Below, piece after piece: positions 52,041 to 64,000 of a stretch of 64,000 nucleotides of DNA. Source of the stretch: the human T2T-CHM13v2.0 reference genome, Homo sapiens; the NCBI RefSeq assembly GCF_009914755.1, contig NC_060926.1; one strand, written 5' to 3'. Position 1 is the stretch's first letter. The number at the start of each line of letters is the position of its first letter. The notes under the pieces are model-generated. The model did not search any database. It was not told where the DNA came from and worked only from the letters and a program-made list of their open reading frames with translations. The translations under genes were made by a program, and so were the position numbers.

Positions 52041-54737
52041 TTATGAGGTGCTGCATGGTTAATAGATAGTCTCATTACAGTATGACCACTCATCTTACTT
52101 CTCAACACATATAACTAAGTGAATAATAAATTTGGTTTAAGAATTTGAGTTTGTGATGGCACATGCTTAGGTAAACTATATGGCTATAATCAAACATATT
52201 TTTCCTTGTCAGACAGGGATGAAACATATAGCTCCAGCATATTTTATCAGCAATTATATATGACTTTGAATTTTCTTGAATAAAAATCAGTAACCAGATA
52301 TTGTTACCTATGGCTCAGACAATTTCATAATCTTTTTCTCCTCCTTGAGAATTCTTGTCCTAAAATTCATCATAAAAGTTAGGAAAGATGAGCCACTGGA
52401 TATTTTTGCAAACCTTTGTCTTCACATGGATCTCTATAGCTCTAGCTAATTTCTCACAAGATCAATGGTCTCTAACATGACTAATAGAACTTAACAGTTA
52501 CACAGAGTGCTGCCTCATTCTGCTAATTTACGTTCAGTCTCCAAAAAAGGCATATTCCCACTGCAAAACTACAGTAATTCTTTGGATTGTAACAATAAAT
52601 TCTGAGATGACAAGAAGTGGCTAAAAGAATAAGACCCTGTAGTCTAACAAGATTGTGATAATTTTCCCAAATACATAGGTTCTCTTTGTGTAATTGAAGA
52701 ATTAGAGTGCTAGAGGTATCTTGAATTAAATAGTAAATTTGCAGGGTAAGATAATTGATGTGATTTGAATGTGTCCCCCAAAAGTTAATGCATTAAAAAC
52801 TTGGTTGCCATTGTAACATATTAAGAGGCAGGGCCTTCGGAAGCTGATTGGGCCATGAGGGCACCACCTTCAAAAAGTGACTGATGCCCTTATTGCTAGA
52901 ATGAGTTATCACAGGAGTGGGGCTCCTAATAAAAGGGTAAGTTCAATCCCTATTTCACTCTCTGTCTCATGTACTTGCTTCCTCCTTTGCCTTCTGCCAA
53001 GGGCTGTCTCTCACCAGATACTGGGGCTATGCCCTTCGACTTCCCAGCCTCCAGAAGCATAAGCCAAATAAATTTTTGTTTTTTTATACATTACCCAACC
53101 TGCGGTATTATTCTGTTATAGGAGCAGGAAACTGACTAAGACAGAAAATTGGTACTGAGGAGTAGAGTCGTTGCTAAAACAAATACCTGAAAATGTGGAA
53201 GCATCTTTGAAACTGGGTAATGGGTAGGGACTGGAAGAATTTGGAGGAGCAGGCTAGAAAAAAACTAGATTGCCATGAATGGAGTGTTATGGGTGATTCT
53301 GGTGAGAGCTCAGAAGAAGAGAACTATAGGGAAAGTCTGAATCTTCTTAGAGATTATTTAAGTGGTCATGATCAGAATGCTGGTGGAAATATGGATAGTA
53401 AATATCACCTCTATGAGGTCCCAGATGAAAATGAGAAACAAGGTACTGGAAGCTGAAGTAAAGGCCATCCTCATTACAGCAGTTGCAAAGAACTTGCCTG
53501 AATTGTGTCCCTGTCTGAGGGCTTTATGGTATGCAGAACTTAAGAGCAATGAGCTAGGATATCTGGTGGAAGAAATATCTAAGCAACAAAACATTCAGGC
53601 TCTTGCATGGCTACTCTTAACTGCATGTGGTCAGATAAAAGAGAAAAGGCATGACTAAAACATGAAATTTACAATTAAAGGAGAAGCAGAACAAAAAGAT
53701 TTGGAAAATCCCCAGCCTGGCCATGTAGAGTGAAAAGGGGTCCTTAGGAGAGCAAACCAAGGATATGGTCAAGTGAACATTTGCTAAAGAGATTACCATA
53801 GATAGAAGATACTATTCATCAATATAATGAGAGAAAGACCCGAAAGGCTGGTCAGAGATCTTAGAGGCTGTACCTCCCATTGCAGGCCTGGAGGCACAGG
53901 AGGGAAGAATGCTTTCCAGGAAGGGCCTGTGCCTTTCAAGGGCTCACTGCCCAGAGCAACCTCAGGACTGAGCTCCCCACATCCTCTTGCAGCACTCTCT
54001 GGCTGACCCAACTGTTGCTCAAGTGGGCCCAGGTATGGCTTGACCTGACTCTCTTGAAGGTACAAGCTGTAGGCCTTGGCAGCATCCATGTGGTGTTAAT
54101 TCTGCAGGTGTGCAGAAAACAAGAGCTGTGGGGGCTGGCTACCTCCCCCTAGATTTCAAAAGATGCCACAGACTGCCTAGAAGCCCAAGCACAAACCTGC
54201 CACAGAGACAGAGCCAATACAGAGAGTCTCTACTAATGCAATGCCTACTGATACCATGGGAGTTGGGCAGTCTCCAAGACCACAGAACTGCAGAGCCACC
54301 AGCATACAACTCCAGCCTGGAAAAGCTGCAAGCATGAGACTCCAACTCATGAGAGCTGCTGTGTGGGATAAGTCCAGTAAAGCCACAGGGGCAAGGCTGC
54401 CTGGGAGGACTTGGGAGCCCAACCCCACCCTAGTGTATCTAGGAGATGGAAAATGGGGTCAAAGGAGTTTATTCTCCAGCTTTAAGACTTAATCTTGTTT
54501 TCTCTGTTGGGTTTTGAACTTACTTGGAACCAGCTACCCATTTTTTCTTGCCTTTTTCTCCCTTTTGGCACGGGAATGTCCATCCTATGGCCGTCCCACC
54601 ATTGTATTTTGGAAGTAGATAACTTGTTTAATTTCACAGGCTATCAGTTGAAAGCAATTTGCCTCAGGATAAATCACACCTTGAGACTCACTCCTATTGA
54701 TTTAGATGAGACTCTGGGTTTTTTTGAGGGGGGTTGC

Positions 54738-54862
54738 TTTTTTTAAGAGACAAGATCCTGCTATGTTGCACAGGCTGATTTCTAATTCCGGGGTCCAAGT
54801 GATCCTCCAACCTCAGCTTCCTGAGTAGCTGGGATTGCAAGGACACATCATCATGCCTGGCT
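54738..54862 (-). mobile_element. FLAM-like Alu monomer within the MaLR internal region
   Basis: TTTTTAAGAGACAAGATCC...GTAGCTGGGATTGCA...TGCCTGGC. Confidence 0.8.
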
Positions 54863-55058
54863 TGACTTTGGAGATTCAAGTTGATGCTGGGACAAGTTAA
54901 GACTTTGGGTCTACTCGGATGGAATGATGGATTTTGTACGTGAGAAAAACATAAGCTTTGGGGAGCCAGGGATGAAATGCTATACTTTTGATGTGTCCCT
55001 CAAAAGTTCAGGTGTTGGAATCTTCACTGTCATTGTAATAGTATTCAGAATTGAGGCC

Positions 55059-57267
55059 ATTTTTTGTTCCATATGAAGTTTAAAGTAATTTTTTCTAATT
55101 CTGTGTAGAAAGTCAGTGGTAGCTTGATGGGGATAGCATTGAATCTATAAATTACTTTGGGCAATAAGGCCATTTTCACGATATTGATTCTTCCTATCCA
55201 TGAGCATGGAATGTTTTTCCATTTGTTTTTGTCCTCTCTTATTTCCTTGAGCAGTGGTTTGTAGTTCTTGAAGAGGTCCTTCACATCCCTTGTAAGTTGT
55301 AGGTATTTTATTCTCTTAGTAGCAATTGTGAATGGGATTTCACTCATGATTTGGCTCTCTGTTTGCCTGTTATTGGTGTATAGGAATGCTTGTGATTTTT
55401 GCACATTGATTTTGTAACCTGAGACTTTGCTGAAGTTGCCTATCAGCTTAAAGAGATTTTGGGCTGAGAAGATGGGGTTTTCTAAATATACAATCATGTC
55501 ATCTGCTAACAGAGACAATTTGACTTCCTCTCTTCCTATTTGGATACCCTTTATTGCTTTCTCTTGCCTGATTGCCCTGGCCAGAACTTCCAATACTATG
55601 TTGAATAGGAGTGGTGAGAGAGGTCATCCTTGTCTTGTGCCGGTTTTCAAAGGGAATGCTTCCAGTTTTTGCCCGTTCAGTATGATATTGTCTGTGGGTT
55701 TGCCATAAATAGCTCTTATTATGTTGAGACACATTCCATCGATACCTAGTTTACTGAGAGTTTTTAGCATAGCCAAGACAATCCTGGGCAAGAAGAACAA
55801 AGCTGGAGGCATCACACTACCTGACTTCAAACTTTACTACAAGGCTACAGCAAACAAAACAGCATGGTACTGGTACCAAAACAGATATATAGACCAATGG
55901 AACAGAATGGAGGCCTCAGAAATAACACCACACATCTACAACCATCTGATCTTTGACAAACCCGAAAAAAACAAGAAATGGGGAAAAGATTTCCTATTTA
56001 ATAAATGGTGTTGGGAAAACTGGCTACCCATATGCAGGAAACTGAAACTGGACCCCTTCCTTACACCTTATATAAAAATCAACTCAAGATGGATCAAAGA
56101 CTTAAATGTGAGACCTAGGGCCATAAAAATCCTAGAAGAAAACCTAGGCAATACCATTCAGGACATAGGCATGGGCAAACACTTCATGACTAAAACACCA
56201 AAAGCAATGGCAACAAAAGACAAAATTGACAAATGGGATCTAATTAAACTAAAGAGCTCTGCACAGCAAAAGAAACTATCATCACAGTGAACAGGCAGCC
56301 TACAGAATGGGAGAAAATTTTTGCAATCTATCCATCTGACAAAGGGCTAATATCCAGAATCTACAAAGAACTTAAACAAATTTACAAGAATAAAGCCAAC
56401 AACCCCATCAAAAAATGGGCAAAGTATATGAACAGACACTTCTCAAAAGAAGACATTTATGCAGCCAACAGACACATGAAAAAAATGCTCATCATCACTG
56501 GTCATCAGAGAAATGCAAATCAAAACTACAATGAGATACCATCTCACACCAGTTAGAATGGTGATCATTAAAAAGTCAGGAAACAACAGATTCTGGAGAG
56601 GTTGTGGAGAAATAGGAACACTTTTACACTGTTGGTGGGAATGTAAATTAGTTCAACGATTGTGGAAGACAGTGTGGCGATTCTTCAAGGATCTAGAACT
56701 AGAAATACTATTTGGCACAGCAATCCCTTTACTGGGCATACACCCAAAGGATTATAAATCATTCTACGATAAAGGCACATACACCCGTATGTTTATTGCA
56801 GCACTATTCACAGTAGCAAAGACTTGGAACCAACCCAAATGTCCATCAATGATAGACTGGATAAAGAAAATGTGGCACATATACACCATGGAATACTATG
56901 CAGCCATAAAAAGGATGAGTTCGTGTTCTTTGCAAGGACATGGATGAAGCTGGAAACCATCATTCTCAGCAAACTATCATAAGATCAGAAAACCAAACAT
57001 TGCATGTTCTCACTCATAAGTGGAAGTTGAACAATGAGAACACATGGACACAGGGAGGGGAACATCGCACATTGGGGCCTGGGGGGATGGGGGGCTAAGG
57101 GAGGGATAACATTAGGAGAAATACCTAAAGTAGGTGATGAGTTGATGGGTGCAGCAAACCACCATGGCACATGTATACCTCTGTAACAAAACTGCACATT
57201 CTGCACATGTAACCCAGAACTTACAGTATAATTTAAAAAAATAAATTTAATTTAAAAAAAAAGAAGA
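55059..57267 (+). mobile_element. 5'-inverted, truncated L1PA (PA6-8-like); 55059-55770 inverted, 55767-57267 forward
   Basis: ORF2 peptides on both strands ([13 protein letters not shown] on -, [14 protein letters not shown] on +), frameshifted; 3' UTR and tail; TSD AGAATTGA(G/T)GCC. Confidence 0.95.
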
Positions 57268-57280
57268 AGAATTGATGCCA

Positions 57281-57587
57281 GGCCGGCTTCCTTCCGAGGG
57301 TCTTGGGTTTTCTGAATTATTCCTGCAGCACTTTGGGAGGCCGAGGCGGGTGGATCATTTGAGGTCAGGAGTTCGAGACCAGCCTTGCCAACATAGTGAA
57401 ACCCTGTCTCTAGTAAAAATACAAAAAATAGCCGGGCATGGTGGCATGTGCCTGTACTCCTAGCTACTCAGGAAGCCGAAGCAGGAGAATCACTTGAGCC
57501 TGGGAGGCAGAACTTGCGGTAAGCCAAGATTGCACCACTGCACTCCAGCCTGGGTGACAGAGTGAGACCCTGTCTCAAAAAAAAAAG
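57281..57587 (+). mobile_element. AluS with an aberrant 5' segment
   Basis: Alu body from CAGCACTTTGGG (57326) to A tail; 57287-57325 is non-Alu. Confidence 0.9.
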
Positions 57588-59672
57588 GAATTGAGGCCTT
57601 TGGGAGGTGATTAGGCCATGAGGGCTCCACTATATAAAGGAGCTGATGTCATTATCATGGGAGTGGTTTAGTTATTGAGGGCGTGGTCTCCTGATAAGAG
57701 GATAAGTTTGGTCCAGTTTCTCCCCATCTTGTGTGCCACTTCTGCTTTTTGTTTTCCACCACGGGATAACCCTCACCAGATGCCGGTGCCATATTCTTGG
57801 ACGTCCCAGCTTCCAGAACCATGAACCAAATTTATTGTTTATAAGTTACCCTGACTGTGGTATTCTGTTATAGCAGCAGAAAATGGACTAAGACAGTTGT
57901 CACTTAGGAATCAGAATTAAATCCTCTAAAGTGATAAAACTAGCTTTTCAAATGATCTTCATATCCAACTCCCACCAAGTTACAAATACTCACCTTTTAT
58001 ATAGCAAAAGATAACACTGGCTGACATGGTATTCTACTTCCACATGAAGATGTGAATGGCAGGGCAAGAGCTAGACAGCCTGGAGAGACACAGTCCAGAG
58101 GACCAGCTTAGAGCCCAGTCATAGTTTGGGATCCTATGTAACAGGCCATGAATCCCAGCAGGGGAAAAATTCTCTCAGGCTTGGTGTTTTCAGGGCTCAT
58201 CTACTGTCACCATGACAGCAGCAAGGTCAGGAAGGAGTCTGCCCAAATGCATTTATGATGCAGGAAACCATGTTGAGGGCAAGAGACAGGCAGGCTGGTT
58301 ATGAAGTTTACCAAGAGCCCTCAAGAATACTTCTAAAAAGAAAGCCTAAGTCTAGTAATGAAACTGAATCAAAAACCAAAAATACAGACAGATGTCAGAC
58401 TCAGGAACACATTCTGCTAGTTCCTTTAGATGTTTAATAAACAAAGGGTGCTGTAATCAAAAACATTTGGGTAGTTGTTGGGCTAAACAGATTTTTTGTT
58501 TTGTTGTTTAACCACATCTTACTCTTTTAATATTCTGGTGTCCATCATGAATCTCCAAGAGGCCTGGGTAGTAAATGGTGTTACCAAATTCATTCCACAG
58601 GGTGCCATTGTTCACTGAAGCATCTATTGGGCCTTGTGGTATAAGAAAGAGCTTTTGGGAATCCTAAGCCTAGTCAAAACGTCTGATTTTAAAAATAAGA
58701 ACACTGAGTCCCAGGAAGTTAACAGATTTAGCCAGTGTGGCATGACCACATAGACAGAGCTGGAACAAGAACACCAACTCCCTGGCACGCCTACTATGTG
58801 ATTCAACACAACATACCACGTGCCCACATTTTTCTTTTCTCCTTGCTGAAGTCAGCCTTCTCTAGACACTCACAAACTCAGGAAAATAACAGTTGCACCT
58901 TCCTTACTTAATAGCAGCTGAACAAACCCCAAGGCATCTCTGCCAAAACTTGCTAAAGGGAGACCCACTGACTGTCTGCCCTTGGCCCTTCCCTCCACTC
59001 AAGTTCAGTAAACAACTACAATTTCAATTAGAACAGACATTCTTTCAACTCCATAAATGCTAAGAGAGGCTCTTTGGTGATTAATAGCTGATTAACTTCT
59101 CCTGCCAAACATCTGTGGGCTCCATTAATTATACAAAATGCTAAGTGACGATCAGAAGAGCCCTGAAAACATCACACCTGAGAGAATGTTTCTCTTGGTG
59201 GGACTCAAGGCCTGCTACCTAGGACCCCAAACTATGACTGGGCTTTAAGCTGGTCCTCCTGGAGGAGGGCACAGCAGGGAGCAGGAGGAGCACCAGACTC
59301 TGAGTCCTGAGGTCTATATTCCAGATCCTTCTCTTCCTGACCCCCTTGAATGTTTCAAGGAAAGGTTGCTTATCTGTTTCAGCATCTTCCTGTGTGAAAC
59401 AAAGGATTAGCCCACTATAATCCTGACTCAAACACTCCTAACTCAAATGCCATCAATGGCTCCCTACTGCTCCCTGAGCATGGTTCAAACTCCCTGGCCT
59501 GGTATTTAAGGTGTTCTATAATCTGTTTCTTCCTTTCCCTCTACTATCATTCTCCCACACAAAAGCCTTTTTTACTTACCCACACTGGACCACTTATTGT
59601 CCCATCATGACTCTTCCTCTCCTGCTTCCATCTAGAATGGTTCTTCCACCCCATCTCTATTAACAAACCCCT

Positions 59673-59992
59673 GCCAGGCACGGTGGCTCACGCCTGTAAT
59701 CCCAGCAATTTGGGAGACCAAGGCGGGCAGAGCACTTGACACTTGAGGTCAGGAGTTTGAGACCAGCCTGGCCAACATGGCAAAACCCTGTCTCCACTAA
59801 AAATACAAAAATTAGCTGGGCATGGTGATGCATGCCTGTAGTCCCAGCTACTCAGGAGGCCGAGGCACAAGAATCGCCTGAACCCAGGAGGCAGAGGCTG
59901 CAGTGAGCCAAGATTGCACCACTGCACTCCAGCCTGGGCGACAGAGCGAGACTCTGTCTCAAAAACAAAACAAAACAAAACAAAAACAAAAA
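59673..59992 (+). mobile_element. AluS with (CAAAA)n tail
   Basis: Full Alu; small internal CACTTGA duplication. Confidence 0.95.
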
Positions 59993-60067
59993 CCCAAGCA
60001 TATCTTAAGAGTCAGATTCTACCTCCTCCATGAAACCTCACTGATAATGCCTTCAGAAGTTGATCTC

Positions 60068-60664
<597 letters not shown>

Positions 60665-60799
60665 TTACTTCTTCTAGTCTGTACTTTTCACAGGATACTT
60701 GTCAGGAAACACCCTCAAATGCAGTTAATGGTGCATAGGTTTTACTTTTCAGTCTAAACTGTAAACTTTTGGAAACCAAGGTCACTGTATTCAACATTT

Positions 60800-61315
60800 T
60801 CTACTTGACACAATGGGAGACACTACACAAATGTTCACAATCCTCCAGATCCCCCCAGTAGCCTTCAGGGCAAGGTTCCAGCATCTGAATTTGGCACATG
60901 AGCTCCCTCATAACCTGGCCTCTTCCTCCCTCTCCTGCTTCAATATCTATCCTCTCTCACTACGCACCCTGTCTCTAGCCATATTAAGTGACTGGTACTA
61001 CCTCAGAAGGCCACATTTCTCCCTTTGAGGATGTTCTCCTCTCTTCTTGGCACAAATTTCACCCATTTATTGACCTGGCAAGCTCAAGTCTTAGCACCCC
61101 ACATACAAGAGACTTCATTCCTGGTCTAAGTACAGTCCCCTGCCTCTGTGCCCACATAGCCTATGTGCCATAACTTTGTCATGGTGCTTGCGACACTTCT
61201 GGCCTATTTCTCTATGTTCCCCACAATGTGAACTTCCTGAAGAGTTCCTTAAAGACAGGGATTACATCTCACTTGCTGTGGTATCTCCAAGACAGCACAG
61301 TTCCTGCATGTAGAA
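60800..61315 (+). mobile_element. L2 fragment
   Basis: GCCCTCATAACCTGGCC-type stretch...TGTGAACTTCCTGAAG...AGCACAGTTCCTGCATGTAG. Confidence 0.5.
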
Positions 61316-61317
61316 GA

Positions 61318-62520
61318 TGTGGTAGTCAGCCTCCAAGAAGGCCCTTGAGGATCACAGCCTGGTGTTCATTCTCTTGGGAATCTTTCTCATTGAGTGTGAG
61401 CTGATCTTCAGGACTCACTTCTAATGACTAGAATAAGGCAGAAGTGACTGTGTGACTCAGACTAGGTCACAAAAGGCAGTGTGGCAGTGCTCTCTTGTGC
61501 TCTCAGATCACTTGCTCTAAGAAAAGCCAACTGCCATGTCATGAGCAGGCTACGGAGAGGCCCACATAGCAAGGAACCGAAGCCTCCAGCCAACCGCCAC
61601 ATATATGAGCATGGAGGATCCTGTAGCCCAGTCGAGCCTCAGGTGATTGCAGCTCCACTGACACCTTGCTTGCAGCCTTGTGAGAGACCATGAGCCAGAA
61701 CAACCCAGCTAAGCTGCTCCCAGATTCCTGAACCACAAATACTATGAGACAATGTTTATTGTTTTAAGCCGCTACGTTTTGGAATTTGTTGTTCAGCACT
61801 AGATAACTAATATATATCTATATAGTTACAGATAGATATAAATATAGAATCATGTGGTCTGGAACCAGAACAGATATTCTGTATATGTTTATATCTATAT
61901 CTATATCTATATCTATATTAAAATACATATTTTGGTACCTGGAAGTGAGGTTCCACTGTAACAAAAACCAAAAATATGTGAGTGGCTTTGGAACCAGGCA
62001 GTGGACAGAAGCTACAAAGCTGTAGGACTTGAAGGAGAATGTTAGCAAAAGCTGAAAGTGCCTTGAACAGGCTATTTGAAGAATTTTGGACTTTGAGAAG
62101 GTTACTAGTAAATAAAGGGAGAGAACCCTTTTAGGAATGGGCAAAAACATCAACCTTATGTAGTGGCAGAGTTTAGCAACACTGTCACCTGTAGTAATGT
62201 GGAAGGTAGAACATGTAACTAATGAAGTGGCTAGCTAAGGCAATTTTCAGCCAGAATACTGAAGATAGTACGTGGTTCCTTTTTACCACTTACAGTAAAA
62301 TGCAAGAGAAATGATGACCTCAAAGAAGAACAATTAAAACAAAGGGTACCAAGACTTGCTGGTTTTGAATATTCCCAGCCTCTTCAGGCGGCAAACAATG
62401 TTAAAATTAAGAAATGGCTTCTGAGTAAAGATTGAATCAGAGTCCCCAGGAAAGCGTGGTCCAAAGATGAAGCCAAGGGTGTCACTGTAAATTCTTTTGT
62501 TAAGACCTCAGATCTTAAAT
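61318..62520 (+). mobile_element. MLT1F-like LTR (61318-~61812) plus internal sequence (~61927-62520)
   Basis: TGTGGTAGTCAGCCTCCAAG...GTTTTAAGCC...AGATAACTAATA; internal starts ATTTTGGTACCTGGAAG. Confidence 0.75.
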
Positions 62521-63107
62521 GTGGAATCCTGTGTTAGAACCTGAGAACCTAAAAAATGAAGTTAGTTCTTTTGGCCCAGAGTATAGATGGGAGAATCTTA
62601 CACTGCCCCTTTTCAATAAATTAACACTCTAGTTCATTTTTTATAAAGCGCCTTACTTTAAAGACATTTTTGCCTGCATTTCCCAAAATCGCTAATCACA
62701 ACAACCCTGAGAATTAGACAGGCCAGATATTAATAAAACAACCAAGCCAGAGCAACGGGTGATTTGACCAATAGCTCATAATTGAGTCATGAAAGAATCT
62801 AACTTTCAATCAAGTGTGCTGTCCACATCATCGAACCACTTCATTTAGTAAATAGACACATGAAGGTATATCTAAAATTGTGGATAGCAGAACAATTCCA
62901 AAGGCACTTGTCTACAGATGTTTTAACATTTTGTTTTTAAGTCATATTTTTCTTCTTTGCTGAAATCTGTAATATTTATAGACCTTCCATCTGTCAGGTG
63001 ATTCCTCATCACCCAGGTTCTGGATCCACATGTGCTGTGACTGTCTTCAACTTGCTTAAACCATGATGCAGAACAGCGTGTTCTTAACACCCTCAAAGAC
63101 CAATCTA

Positions 63108-64000
63108 TCCAGATAGGAAGAGAGTAAGTAAAGCTATCTCTGTTTGCAGATCACATGATTCTGTATCTAGAAAACCTCATAGTTTCAGCTCAAAAGCTCC
63201 TTCAGTTGATAAAACTTCAGCAAAATTTCAGGATACAAAATCAATATACAAAAATCACTAGCATTCCTACACATCAATAGCAGCCAAGCTGAGAGCCAAA
63301 TCAGAAAGGCAATCCCATTCACAATTGCCAGAAAAAGAATAAAATACCTAGGAATACAGCTAACCAGGGAGTGAAAGATCTCTACAGTGAGAATTACAAA
63401 ACACTGCTCAAAGAAATAAGACAAGACACAAACAAATGGAAAAACACTCCATGCTCATGGATAGGAAGAATCAATATCATTAAAATGACCATACTGCCTA
63501 AAGCAATTTACAGATTCAATGCTATTCCTATCAAAGTACCAACGACATTCTTTACAGAAATCGAACAAACTACTTTAGAATTCATATAAAACCAAAAAAG
63601 AGCCCAAATAGCCAAGGCAATTCTAAGCAAAAAGAACAAAGCTGGAGGCATCACGTTACCCAACTTCAAACTATACTACAAAGATACAATAACAAAAACA
63701 GCATGGTATTTGTACAAAAACAGACACATAGACCAATGATACAGAATAGAGAGCCCAGAAGAAAGGCCACACACTTACAACTATCTGATCTTTGACAAAG
63801 CTGACAAAAACAAGCAATGAGTAAAAGACTCCCTGTTGAATAAATGGTTCAGGGTTAACTATCTAGCCATATACAGAAGATTGAGGCTGGATACCTTACA
63901 CCATATACAAAAACCAACTCAAGATGGATTAAAGACTTAAATGCAAGCCCCAAAACTATAAAAATCTGGAAGACAACCTAGGCAATACCATTCTGGACAT
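63108..64000 (+). mobile_element. L1 ORF2 remnant (L1PB/old L1PA-like), runs off the window end
   Basis: RT-region peptide [35 protein letters not shown]; in-frame stops. Confidence 0.9.

Larger units (their letters stand above)
52756..57895 (+). mobile_element. Full-structure MaLR provirus (MSTC-like): 5' LTR 52756-53143, internal 53144-54977, 3' LTR 54978-55058 + 57599-57895
   Basis: Both LTRs have TG...GTGTCCC and end GACTAAGACA; GAAAATTGGTAC after the 5' LTR; purine tract before the 3' LTR; ~1.7-kb MaLR internal sequence. Confidence 0.85.

Noticed and set aside
55045-56947. Reverse-transcriptase-like ORFs as a novel RT system
   Set aside because: Frameshifted fragments of an ordinary truncated L1 ORF2; the same applies to 63371-63589.

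Overview
Primate, human-like non-coding DNA (intronic or intergenic) with many Alu, L1, L2, MIR, MaLR/ERV1 LTR and MER DNA-transposon relics. I found no supportable protein-coding exon, RNA gene or CpG-island promoter. The long ORFs are either L1 ORF2 remnants or read-through of a simple repeat. The main oddity is a ~1.2-kb (GGAAA/AAAGG)n array at 26117-27316 (~240 units, 1208 consecutive purines) that is not in an Alu tail and has no stop codon on either strand. Other notable structures: seven ERV1 solo LTRs within ~10.4 kb, including an LTR10 with AP-1 repeat units; a MaLR provirus whose 3' LTR holds a twin-primed inverted L1 and an Alu at one triplicated target site; a ~54-bp hairpin-bearing segment copied into a (TA)n tract; a foreign insert inside an AluJ; strong plus-strand bias of Alu/L1; and TE-free blocks with clustered TF motifs. 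Subfamily names come from recalled consensus sequences and boundaries of old elements are approximate. The locus is not identified, and no new biological system is demonstrated from sequence alone.
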